Positions 25,601-37,182 of a stretch of 64,000 nt of DNA are shown here, in pieces. Each line of letters starts with the position of its first letter. Positions within the stretch are counted from its first letter, which is position 1. The position numbers and the translations under genes were made by a program. Source of the DNA: Iphione sp. A-MEVVRFRX5 (taxonomy: Eukaryota); assembly GCA_976226885.1 (NCBI GenBank), contig OZ320313.1, forward strand, positions 79,546,001 through 79,610,000, in the 5' to 3' direction. The notes below the pieces were generated by a model. It worked only from the letters and a program-made list of their open reading frames with translations, was not told the DNA's origin and made no database searches.

Positions 25601-28398
25601 GTTATGACGATGCCCGCGCTCGTTTTAACTGCAGGCTTTTAATTGAAACACTGTTTAATTTATTATCAGAAGTAACTGATAGAATGGTTTCGCTAATTGG
25701 CTACGCTTCGTTGCATTTAATGTTTCCTCTTGAACGGGTCGACATAAAAGCTCCCTTTCCTCTCTTTTAAACACCAAGCCACATCTCTTTATTACCTTAA
25801 CATCCACGTAGTGTACATTGCATTATACAAAGGGTCCTTCCGTGGAGTTCCTGGAACGGAAAGGAATACATCTGACGTGCTAGTTATGCCGCTAAGTGTC
25901 ATGCCACGACTGGGCCCAGCATCTGGCCAGGTCATGCAGAGGAGGCGGTCGTTGGTGGGCTATAAGGCTGGCAGCCATACATACTAAGGAACACCCAGAC
26001 AGTCGCTGCGGGCCACAGTGTCTACAGACCGTCAGTTCAAGCAACAACCGCCGATGACGGTAGTTTTACCCGATCAATAGCATCATCGAAGAAAAGCTTA
26101 GACTGGAGAGGGGAGGGGATGTTCTCAGTCCTGGCAAATACGTTCTCTTTAGACGTCTTGTAGACCAGATCGATTATATTCCGAACCGTGGGAATCTTTG
26201 TATTAAACATTCACGTACACCACTTAACAGCATGCGCCCTTTTTGAATCCACATGGGAACGTACTTCAGGAAATATTTCATTCAATACTGTGCGGCTTTT
26301 TGGGGTCCTTTTCTTAAATCTGCGCGCTGATTTCGAAGTGCCACCTGATGTGACAGTGTGAGTTATACTGAACCAAAGCACAATTTACCATAATGTTCCA
26401 GGCAATGCCATCTTTCCTTCTTTCCATTTCACGTGAATGACCATAAAACCGATACTACATTGTCTATTCGGTTCATATATCTGGATATACATGACAACAG
26501 GGTGTGAGACGACCTTTGTATAGAGAGTGAGGAACACGCCTGTTTACCACGAAATAATAATCATTTCTCATAACTTCGTGGTCAGCATGTACGACACTGA
26601 TTTCTACATAACAGTTGTATGGAGACACACAGGCCATTCACTGTCCATGAAATCATGTCTATGTACCGACCGAGAAAACAACCACCTTGGAAGAGGTGTC
26701 CGTGCAGCTCTACTGAAAGTATTCCTCTGGTACTTTCTTTCAGATGTTGTCGAGCGCCTGTGGCTCTACTCTGCGGCTGCACTAAAAGGGGAATCCTTCA
26801 GCGGCCCTTTTAGAGTGTTTCACATGTCAGCAGATACACATCACCACTGAGGGCGGCAGTTGATTGGGCTGCGGCGGCTATCTAATGGAGAGCCTGGCGG
26901 TCTCTTGCCCTGCCGTCAGCGCTGTTACCTCCCGCCACGAGCATCTAATAGGCCACTGGAGACGTTTTACGATTGGAGATATTCTCCTTGATGTACGTCT
27001 CTCAGAACAGACGTAATGAGAATCTTGGAAAGCAAGTCTGTGGATAGTTTGTAAGTGAAACTCTTTCTCTCTCTGTCTGTCGATCACTAGTCAAGTTGAC
27101 AAACCTAACTGCAACATGTCATAAAAATTGGAACAGGATTTCTAACGACAACTGTTGATGGGCGCGTCCAAATAAAACCCTGCAAACTCTCAGGCATCAA
27201 TGTAAATTGCTTTCACGATCACGGCTAAGTTGACTACGGATTTATTAGGCGTCTCCCTAAAACCTCTCAGTTTCAATTATGTCAATATATATATGTCCCA
27301 GGAAATTGTAGTCGGCCAGACTGCCGAGTACTACCAACAAAGACCAGGTGAGGCCTCACCACGAATTAAGGTCAATGTATTCCAACGCCTATCTGTAATG
27401 GTTGTGTGCGTAGGCGCACGAGTGGAGATCAGTCGGGCATCCAGGGACAAGGCAGTCAACCGATGCAGGTCGGGAAAGCGATTTATCTGCTCGTGAGCAG
27501 GTCGGCCAGGGCAACAGCTCGCCCGCCGAGAGGCTGGAAGAAATGACCTCTACTACTTCTTGTTCGGGCGTCGGACGAGGTGACCGGCCAAATCGGTATC
27601 AATTCTCATTTCCGTCTCGTTGGTCGGCGTCGATAGCGGCCGGCGGCGTGCTCGCTCTGATTGGGTTTTGGAGTGACTCGGCTGTCCACTGTTTGAGCAC
27701 TGGCGCCAAGCACGACCCTTGGTACAGGAGCTGCTTCCTCCCTGTGCTTACCGCTAGACAGATGAGTGAGGGGAACGGGATAGAGTCTGGGAGAGTTATG
27801 AGGACTGACGCGTTATTACGGACGTTTCTCTATAAGGTCGATGCCATCTTATTATAAGGACCTTGAAGGTCTATTTTCCCCCCACCTCCGGTTTAGGCAA
27901 GTGAAAATGATAGTGTTTAGGTGACCATTGCCTAGCTCTGCATTCCCTCTTATACGCATGAACTTTTTCCTTTCTGCTGATTCAAAAACGTTTCAAATTA
28001 CACTGCTTCCTATATTAATGTACTATTATTTTTTTTAAAAAGTCAGCTCATTAAACAATACTTTTACAGTTAGAAGATCCACAAGATATGACAGAAGGTC
28101 ACAAAGTCGGAGGTCCCTCACTAGGAGGTGAGGTGCATACAGAAAGAGCCTTTTGAAATACATATTAAGTGAAGCAATTATTGAATAAACTCTTTACATG
28201 TATGTAGGAGTTTATTATATAAATCGATATCAATCCTGAGTTACTCTTCGACAGTCCGACGCCATGATATACATGTATCTCTGTTTGTGAAGCAGATGTA
28301 TTACTTTGGTACCACTTCGTTGTGAGCAGTTTGTAAAGAGAGGTGGACCATTTCAGGAGGCTTTTTCAATGCTTGTGGCGTGATATTTATTAGGGGGG

Positions 28399-28400
<2 letters not shown>

Positions 28401-28480
<80 letters not shown>
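28401..28480. repeat. (GA)n microsatellite, 40 units
   Basis: Direct reading. Confidence 0.97.
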
Positions 28481-28482
<2 letters not shown>

Positions 28483-29998
28483 TACACGGTATAGCAATGG
28501 CATCTGTGGGTATCTCGCGTGTTGAGAGGCATGTAACCAGCCTACTGACATCCCAACAGATCCGGCGGCGGAAAGCATAAATCAATGCAGCTCAGTGGAC
28601 TATTCATCAAGCTGCCTTCATCACTCCTTTCTTTACATCAAAAAGACACACGTGCCAATAAGGAAGAGTCAAAGCTGGGTTACGGCCGGCTGGCAGAAAC
28701 GGTTCATTCACGGCTAAAGGTAGAGAGAGAAGAAGCGTCATGGCAACAACGTTAGCATCTGGCATCACTTCAGATTTTCATTTATGTATGTAAAAGTAGC
28801 ATATTATACACATTTGCTTACGTAGCTAGCTAGGAGATGTTCCTTGTCAAAAAAGGTCCATAAGGAGACTAGGAAGGGGACCTACTGTCCCTCGCTAACC
28901 ATTCAATCAAGTTGAACTAATTACATGTAGTTATACTTGGGTGGACAGACTAATTCAGTTTCGTGGCTTCAAATCAACAAACAAACTATATGCATGTCAG
29001 TATGTGTGTGCAACAACACATTACATGCCTTATGCATGTAAGAGTGCCACAGAATGCACATGTTGCTTACGTAGACAGCTGGGAAATGTTCATTCCTTCT
29101 CGGTCTCTTCTGAGCTTGTTCCGAGGTTTGATTCGGGCCCTATCATGTGTGTGAGTGATAAATGCCCCTATCTGGGAATAGGGTTGGATTTGGTGGTGAT
29201 AAGCATTGTTTCGTTTACCAGAGGTCCCAAGGCCTATTTTGAAGCCAACAATACAAAGTTCCAGGACAGCATAATCAAATGTGGCAGTTTTCTACTCATC
29301 TGGCTCGATCAAGCAGCCACGTTTCTGATTAAAATTTTATTTCAGGCGCTCGTTACCGCCGAAATTCGCCCAGCACGTACGGATATTTCCAACTACCTAG
29401 AAGCAAGCAGATAAAACAATCCCGGTCAAGGAGGAAGCCGCTCACATGTTGACAAGAAAGAAACCGCTGTTGGAGGAGATAGTGGATGAGAATAACAAGC
29501 AATTTAACGATAAGAGACTGAATCAATACTAACATTTTCTGTCCGACAGCGATCGAAGTGGCCGCCAATGATAATCCACTGAGAGGGAAGCGTGCGCCTC
29601 AACGGCAGCACCCAGTCTCCGGGTTTGTTCAGATCGGTAGGCATTTTTCCTGATCTAATCAGCGGTGCGGGGAAAACCCCGTGGACGGGAGTACGATTCA
29701 CATTGCGGCCGTGAGGGAAAAAAAACATCCTCCATGAAGGAGGGTGATAGCCTTCCATTAAATCGTCAAACACTTCCTTGATCTAATGAGGTGCGTTTTT
29801 AAAAAAAGATAAACACACAGAGGTGGTGTATGAGCGGGAACAATCTATACCGAAGAATTACTAGCAAACCAAACGGAGAGCTGCATTAGCATTAAAACAT
29901 AATGGGGTCCATAGCCTATGGTTCAAACATCAGATGCAACCAAGACAAGGATCCCGAGTTAAGTCGGCCGCCGACTGACTGGGCCGCCGACACACTCG

Positions 29999-30179
29999 NN
30001 NNNNNNNNNNNNNNNNNNNNNNNNNNNNNNNNNNNNNNNNNNNNNNNNNNNNNNNNNNNNNNNNNNNNNNNNNNNNNNNNNNNNNNNNNNNNNNNNNNNN
30101 NNNNNNNNNNNNNNNNNNNNNNNNNNNNNNNNNNNNNNNNNNNNNNNNNNNNNNNNNNNNNNNNNNNNNNNNNNNNNNN
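29999..30179. other. Assembly gap (181 N) within the giant MORC intron
   Basis: Run of N, preceded by two copies of ggccgccgac, suggesting a collapsed tandem repeat. Confidence 1.
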
Positions 30180-30849
30180 AAAACTGTGTGTTTTTTTTGT
30201 TATATCTGATGTCTATTATTAGCAATGTGCTGCGGGCGAAAATCAATGATACTGGGAAATGTCTCAGCTAGGAATTAAATGAATTTCGGTACGGTGTTCT
30301 TCCTACAAAGAAAACACTGATTGCTAGTGCAATGTACGACAATGCTGTGTATTTTGTCTCGTACCCAACCAGTCTAAAATGTTGAAGATTGCATTATTTT
30401 TTTACTGGAACCCTTGGGACTTCTTTGTAAGGGTTTGCACAAGACTGATACACTACATTAAACCTACGAGAAACCTAAGTGCATTCGAAGGCAAGTTTCA
30501 TCACCTGCTTTCATCCTGATCAAAGTACTCACTCCGTAACAATGGCCATTACCATCAAAGGAAAAGCTGAGGTGGCTTCTCCGAGACTCTGACCCCCTTC
30601 CAAAACAACGAATACGCTAACCTGGTTCCGGAGTACATACAAGTGCAAAATTCTCAAGACGAAACATCACATGGAAACAATACCAATGCAACGATTTTTG
30701 CGTGTGTCAGGACGCCACAGTATAAACATCTAAAGGGCAAGGAACGCTGGATGATTTATGGTCGGTGGACAGAGGGAAATGGAGTGTTGGCTGCATGTTT
30801 CCTTCCTCTTCCGTAATCTTTATCGAAAGTGGTCTCGTCCATCTCTTAT

Positions 30850-31300
30850 TCTATACGGCGGGGCTGACATCGGTGGTTCTCCGGCCGCTGTATTCCATAC
30901 GAATGGGTCTGCGCTTGGAGCGATGTGGGCTGACGGGGGTTGTCAATTGGCTGATTGGTATTGATGAGCTTTGATGGCCACTACCCACGCCGGGGAGGCG
31001 GGGAGGGGGGAGGGGGGTTCGTCCCAGCGCGGCCACCGCGCACGCGCCTGACGGGCGGCTCGGCAATCAGTCATGCCACCCTGCCGCCACACCTCGCACA
31101 ATGCCCCATTCGTTATGGCCTGTTCTTGGCCGCCAAGTCTCCAATGACTGACCACCTGCCCCGCACTGCACGCAGCGCGCCGCTGGCTGCAGCGGCATGC
31201 AGCCACAAGCCTGCAACCAAACTTCCCACTAGTTCTCGGCTAAAACACACGGGGACCAGGGGAGCCTGCTATGGCATTTCCACAAGGCGCGCATCAGCCT
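30850..31300. promoter_or_regulatory. GC-rich promoter-like island within the giant intron
   Basis: Tandem ATTGG (inverted CCAAT) at 30946 and 30954, G-rich GC boxes at about 30990-31020, high CpG; no credible ORF. Confidence 0.35.
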
Positions 31301-31820
31301 AGACTTAGTCCTCTCAAACAGTGACACATTGAAACTCTCCCTGAATTATTACGGAATGCTGCTGAGCACCCATCTATGCATGAAGAAAGAGGTGGGGTGG
31401 GAAAGATATGAACACACAAAAAAGACATAACTACACGTTAACCTCAATGTGAGCGAAAGGTATCCCCGCAAGTGGAGCAAATGTCAAGTGGGTTGGTCTG
31501 AGTTTCCTTTATCTATGGAAACCACCCGTGAAGGAGAGGGCTTGAGTTGATTACAACCGATATTTGACACACAGCCCACACACCTTTCTCGACAAATCTT
31601 TCCTATGTACGAGAAGGGCCACTCGGTACCCACCTCTGCAGCCGGAGCAGCTATTTTGTCCGCTACCTGCGCGACAACAAGTAGCACTCAACGAGCTTAA
31701 AATGGAGATATGGTTTGTTTCTACTATAGGGCCGTCTACTATAGGTCTAATATAGTGCATGAGACGATGTGGCTTATTCACTGTTAAAATGAAGCTTATT
31801 CGCCAATGACAACCCTTCAT

Positions 31821-31823
<3 letters not shown>

Positions 31824-31908
<85 letters not shown>
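31824..31908. repeat. (AG)n microsatellite, about 42 units
   Basis: Direct reading. Confidence 0.97.
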
Positions 31909-31911
<3 letters not shown>

Positions 31912-34900
31912 TAAAGAAAAAGAGTTTCCTCCGCCCGGTCTCTCCATCAAGCACCTTAGGCGTCACAGTTTTGGAAAAGGATACAAAAAAGAATATTCCA
32001 CTCGAAACTCGTTTTTTCGCGAAATTTCTAAAACCTCATCTAGAAATTCGTCGATAAAATGTCAAGCTCCCGGGCATATGCGAGAAAATGCGACAGCCCC
32101 CTCGTCAAAAGCGAGACAAACTTTCTTGCTGACTGGAAGCACATTTTTTCCACGTCTGCATGAGAATGCTGCCTTCCTTTGGTTCAATTCAATACCTTCC
32201 TTTTCTTCGAGATCACAGGAATATCGATCACGAAATCTGGTTCGTGGCCCTTCTTTCTTTCTACATCATCTCATGAGTCCCCGAGGCGCCCAAAATATTC
32301 ACTCAGTATCCTTATATTACTTGGTTCACAAGCAGCGTGTTTTTTTCCCTATGGATCCTCTCAAAAAACTGCCCCTTTGTATGAGCGAGAGACGCACAAT
32401 CCATCGTGAACTCTGACTCCTTGATCCCTCCCTACGGGCCATCATATTCCAATGGCTTCCTACTGCTTGCCTGTGCCCATAGATAACGCGGGGATGGCCG
32501 CCAATGGTGTCTAGGTGGACAATACTCTCCTCTCTGCAAATAACTGCTTTTCGTTGAAGGAGAGTGATCTGAATCTGTGGGACAGATACATAGCCCGACC
32601 ACTATGACAGATGATAGTAATAACGGCGGTGGTTATGACACTGTAAACGGACGACGTAATTCTGTGGCGATGAGGCACCCGCAGAAGATGTTAAAGCGCC
32701 ATCAATCCAGGGCATCTATTACACCTGGGTCGTATTTCAGCCCCCCCCCCCCCGAAGAAGCACGATGGTGCACCTTTAAAGATGTGGTCTCGACGAAAAA
32801 AGGAAAACTATGTTTTTTTTCCGGACAGTATTTTCTTAATGTGGTCCATTACCGCTAGGAATTCAGGCACCAATAAGCAGCAGCACCCGTACAATTAACG
32901 AGAAAAACATTTGCGAGGTTGTTCGCCGAAAACCTGATTTATAATATGAACACAATGCATTGAGGCTGTGGACGTGTAAAACGGGGTCGCCAAGATTGAT
33001 GACGTGAAGTTTGATATCTAAACACAGGCATGTCTACATTAAGATGACAGATCGTTCGAACAGACTCCATTGTATTTCCATACGCTAATCTGAATGGATC
33101 GGCTGTGGTCGTCTTGCACTGTGGAACAGGGAGCGATTATACACGTTATAACAGATCATATAAGAATCATGCACACAGATACATTACAGTTTCATACAAA
33201 TGAACCTACACAATGATATACACGCCTATGTATATGTGACATTGTGAACAGTGATTGGTGGGCCTACTGAAATACAATGCCATACCTCAGTGCCTCCCAC
33301 ATCGTTTGGGGTATGAATATTACTTGGATCGATTTATATGAGTCACTTTACTGAATTTTCTCATAAAAATGTCATTCAAGCAGCGGTCCTTCTTTAGTAT
33401 AATTATCATGTTTCCAAAAAGTCAATCATAATATAATACAGGGGTCTTCGTGCATGCCTTCTCTGAATTATAACTAATTTAAGGAAAACATACCTTCAGC
33501 ACTACTTTTTCAGTTACGTGCAGGAATATACACTCACTGAGAGAGAAAGCGAACTACACGGGACAGCAATGGCATAGTCTGGCAGGGCGGAGGTCTGTAT
33601 TAGTATTAATTTCAGCAGTTTAATCTTTTGGCTTGTAGGACCGGCGATACATCAAGCTAACGGATGGATTCCTACGGGAATATATTATTTATATGAAGGG
33701 GGAATAAGATGATTTTGTAGATGTCTAATTTTCTGCCTCGGCCGAATGTTTTTGTTGTTTTGCAATGGTAGGTAATGATTGGTTCTATTCGGGTGAGCCT
33801 TTACATACTCCACAAAGAAACTTGGTCTCCGACGGCTATTGCACTAGTGCATGTTTGCTGTGACCTTATCTGGTTTATTCAAAAAGGAAGAATCTTAGAA
33901 AGGATTGACCAATGAATAAGTTTCTGAACTTGTGACCGCATAGTTTTTCTACTTTCTGTTAACTAGAAGTGCGGTACATTTTCAACCCTATGAACTGTAA
34001 CATGTGTACTCTTCAGCTGTGAGATATTGTACATTTACGTAATACATAGTTTGATTTTGTTCTCAGATTTGAGAGATTATTACCTTCTGGCAGAGTACTC
34101 TTCACAAGCTGCTTTTATCACGAGATACAATGTTTAAGGTATATGCTTCTATGCGTTATAGGTCTGAGGTACTACAACACTAATATGCTGCAGTACCTTC
34201 TAGCATGTCGAAAGTAAAAATACATTTACTAACAATGACCGAGAAACATTCAACAGACCCTTTGTATGTTGTTTACCTACAGTGATCTCTGATGATGTCA
34301 TGGTTGACTTTATGGGCTTCTTTCCCAGTGTAGGCAAATACACTGAAAAACAAACGCGTCATTACTAGCGTATTTGGAGTCTACAACATCTAAACGTATT
34401 ATCAATTCAAAAACTGCCCAGACCATGAGTAAAAACGGAAGAATATGAGATGTTGTGCCAGCACCTTTCCGTGTAGCTGGACGTCAAGGCATAATAATAA
34501 AACAGCCGTAGTGGCATAAGATAGTACATTTATTATGCAGATGAATGTTGGTAGTTTTTCTCTGCCCATACGTTCACTTTGGTAGTTCTGTTGACCAAAC
34601 ATACCTAATGGAACGCAAAGGAAAAGAATGTTTGGACGACTGGGTGTGTAAATGCGTGCGTGTGTCGGTGAGTAAGGGCCAGTTTCCATAGTTGCATTTG
34701 AGCAGTATGTATGCATTTGCATTTCGTGAAGGTCAGTCCTGGTGTAAGCGAATTTGGCGCGTCAGAGGCTGTGGCAGGTTGCTGAAGGTATATGTGCGAT
34801 ACTAATAGGTGTATGTAGGCATGGGAAGCACATTTCCACACATTTCCTCCATCCTGCTTAAGATAACTTCCATTCAGGAAAATATGAGGAATGTTACTGG

Positions 34901-34914
34901 AGGTTACACTAAAG

Positions 34915-35070
34915 ATGAGTGAGTGAAAGAATGAGTGAGTGGTTGGATGAGTGAGTAAAATTGAATGAGTGGATGAGTGAGCAAGTGGATGAGGAAGCGA
35001 GTTGATGAGTGAGCCAGTGGATGAGCAGTTGAATGAATAAGTAATTCGATGAGTGAGCGAAGGGTTGGGT
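34915..35070. repeat. Degenerate (GAGT/GATGAGT)n simple repeat
   Basis: Recurrent gatgagtgag units. Confidence 0.8.
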
Positions 35071-35494
35071 GCGTGAATGATTAAAGGAAGGAAGGAGTCC
35101 ATCTCTCTCCTTGTATCCCCCACCTCCTCCAACATACAACATGTAACTCGAGACAGTCTTCTATATGGTCATCGATTGCAACCGACAGAGACAAACACAA
35201 TGGAAACGGCGCCTGCCATACTAGTGGACACTGTAAGCCAGGAAGGGCCGGGTGTAGTGCGGCCGTGGAGAAAGCCTGACACAGTGAGGCTGACCTGGAG
35301 TGGACTGGTCTTTTTGTTCATGTCTCTTTACTGTACAGTTATGCTCTTCATGCTCGACAGCACCATTGCTCTGCCTGGAATCTGGCATGGCACTAATAGT
35401 GACAGTCTCTGTCGGTCTGTCTCTTTGTCTCTGTCTCTCAAACACAACAAACACACAACATGCGTGTTCCAGGAAATGAGACAAAGGAAATGCC

Positions 35495-35526
<32 letters not shown>

Positions 35527-35728
35527 CCGAAATATGCGAGGGCAAGAAAAAGGTGCACAGTACTAATGCACTAAAACATACGCGACACAGAATGTATGTG
35601 GTGTCGTTTGCGGTATCGCCCAGTCCGTGGCGCTGTGTGGATAAAATGAAATGTCCCGTTCAACCAGGAGTAATGTGCCCGTGGCCGCCAGAGGTTGGAG
35701 GCTTCCCGATAAGGCCCGAAAGAAGTAC

Positions 35729-35821
35729 AATGGGTCCACGTGACGTTTGGTCACGGGGCGTCATTACCCAGAGCGTGCAGTGACCTCAGTTCGCGTCCAA
35801 CCGTCGAACTGAGCGGATTGC
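35729..35821 (+). repeat. Split direct repeat A1 (93 bp), identical to A2 at 40320-40412
   Basis: Base-by-base comparison shows no difference. Confidence 0.95.
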
Positions 35822-35841
35822 ACGGATTAACCCAAATAGCG

Positions 35842-37182
35842 ATGTCCGACAGCGAAGCCCCAGCACTGGACCCCGCGCCGGACACCCCGCCGCCGGCCCA
35901 GCCAAAGCCGGGGGGCTCCGGGGACAACCCCAACGAGCCCCAACCGACGGGGACAACTAGGAATCCACTGGAAGAGAGGATCGCCAGACTGGAGACGGGC
36001 ATCGAGATATTGCTGGCCCTACACCAAAAACGTGACAGGAAAAAGAGCAAGAGCAAGAACGACGCCAACCCTGTACCGGACGCTAACCCGACTCCCGCTC
36101 CACAGCCCGCGGCTCCTAACGTTCCGAGCACTTCCGCAGGTAACCAGCAGGGCCAGACCACTCCCGCACAGACGCACAAGAATACAGATGGCCCCAGCAC
36201 TCCGAGAAGCGCACAAGGACACAAATCGCCCGACAAGACTGGCCGCTCAATACCGCCTGTCCCGCCCAAAAAGCGCGGGAAACACCACAAGGTAATCGTC
36301 AAGAAAGGTAGCCCCACCTATCACTCATCGAGGAAAGGCAAGCGCACACACAGGCGACGCGTCCCTTCCCCTGTTTTCTCCGACTCGGAGGACGACGAGG
36401 ACGATGACGACGACGAGCCTGAATCCTCGGGCTGGACTTCCTCGTCAGGGGACGAGAACACTATCAGGAAGCGCCGCAGAATACCACGTGAGACCATGGC
36501 ATACGTGGATCGCTCCCTGCAGTCCGAGGCAACCACTACCTTTAAAAAGACCAAAGGTAAGAAGGTTTATGATCCAGTTCGCGAGAAGATGGTGCAGTTC
36601 TGGCGCCCGTACATGAGCCTGTACGAGCTGGCCGAGGACATTAAGGATAGGGCCTCCCCTGACGACTTATCCCCCGCGGAGCACGCCCTTGGCTTTCTCG
36701 CTATGATCAGGAAGACGATTCTCCCCCGGTCGACGCTCTGGTACCAGATCGTCCACGTAGAGTACATCCTGCATGACTCCCTGTTCCATAAATGGCATAA
36801 CGTTCGTCGGTGGTCCCTGTCTGTTGTGCACCAGATAAACCAAGGGATCCTTCGATGGAAGGATGAGGCTATTATTAAGGAGATGCGGACCTCCATCGCT
36901 CTCTGCCGAGGACAGAAGGAGGATACCCTACCAGACGCCCCTTGCATGTCATATAACATGGCCACCTGCTCTAGGCCGCACAAGCATAGGGAAGCTGGCA
37001 CGGCCCAACATCATCGATGCGCTGTGTGCTGGCTGGGAGTCGCCAACAAAGACTGCCAGCACACCGCCATGGAATGTGTCAGAAAGGCGAAAATGGCCCC
37101 CGCAGCGAAGACCGAAGGTACCGACAAAACCAAGAGGAAGGACATGAGGCCCGACTCAAAAAACGGGTCATCGAGGGATTAG
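35842..37182 (+). CDS. Ngaro ORF1, gag-like protein (446 aa from ATG 35842)
   Basis: P/S-rich, basic and acidic disordered N-half; C-terminal Cys/His knuckle-like region CMSYNMATC..H..HHRCAVC..CQHTAMEC. Confidence 0.85.
   Translation: MSDSEAPALDPAPDTPPPAQPKPGGSGDNPNEPQPTGTTRNPLEERIARLETGIEILLALHQKRDRKKSKSKNDANPVPDANPTPAPQPAAPNVPSTSAGNQQGQTTPAQTHKNTDGPSTPRSAQGHKSPDKTGRSIPPVPPKKRGKHHKVIVKKGSPTYHSSRKGKRTHRRRVPSPVFSDSEDDEDDDDDEPESSGWTSSSGDENTIRKRRRIPRETMAYVDRSLQSEATTTFKKTKGKKVYDPVREKMVQFWRPYMSLYELAEDIKDRASPDDLSPAEHALGFLAMIRKTILPRSTLWYQIVHVEYILHDSLFHKWHNVRRWSLSVVHQINQGILRWKDEAIIKEMRTSIALCRGQKEDTLPDAPCMSYNMATCSRPHKHREAGTAQHHRCAVCWLGVANKDCQHTAMECVRKAKMAPAAKTEGTDKTKRKDMRPDSKNGSSRD

Noticed and set aside
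28941-29414. 157-aa ORF, and others such as 35077-35574, 34605-35135 and 1019-1357
   Set aside because: No domain signal or splice logic; several are produced by simple repeats.
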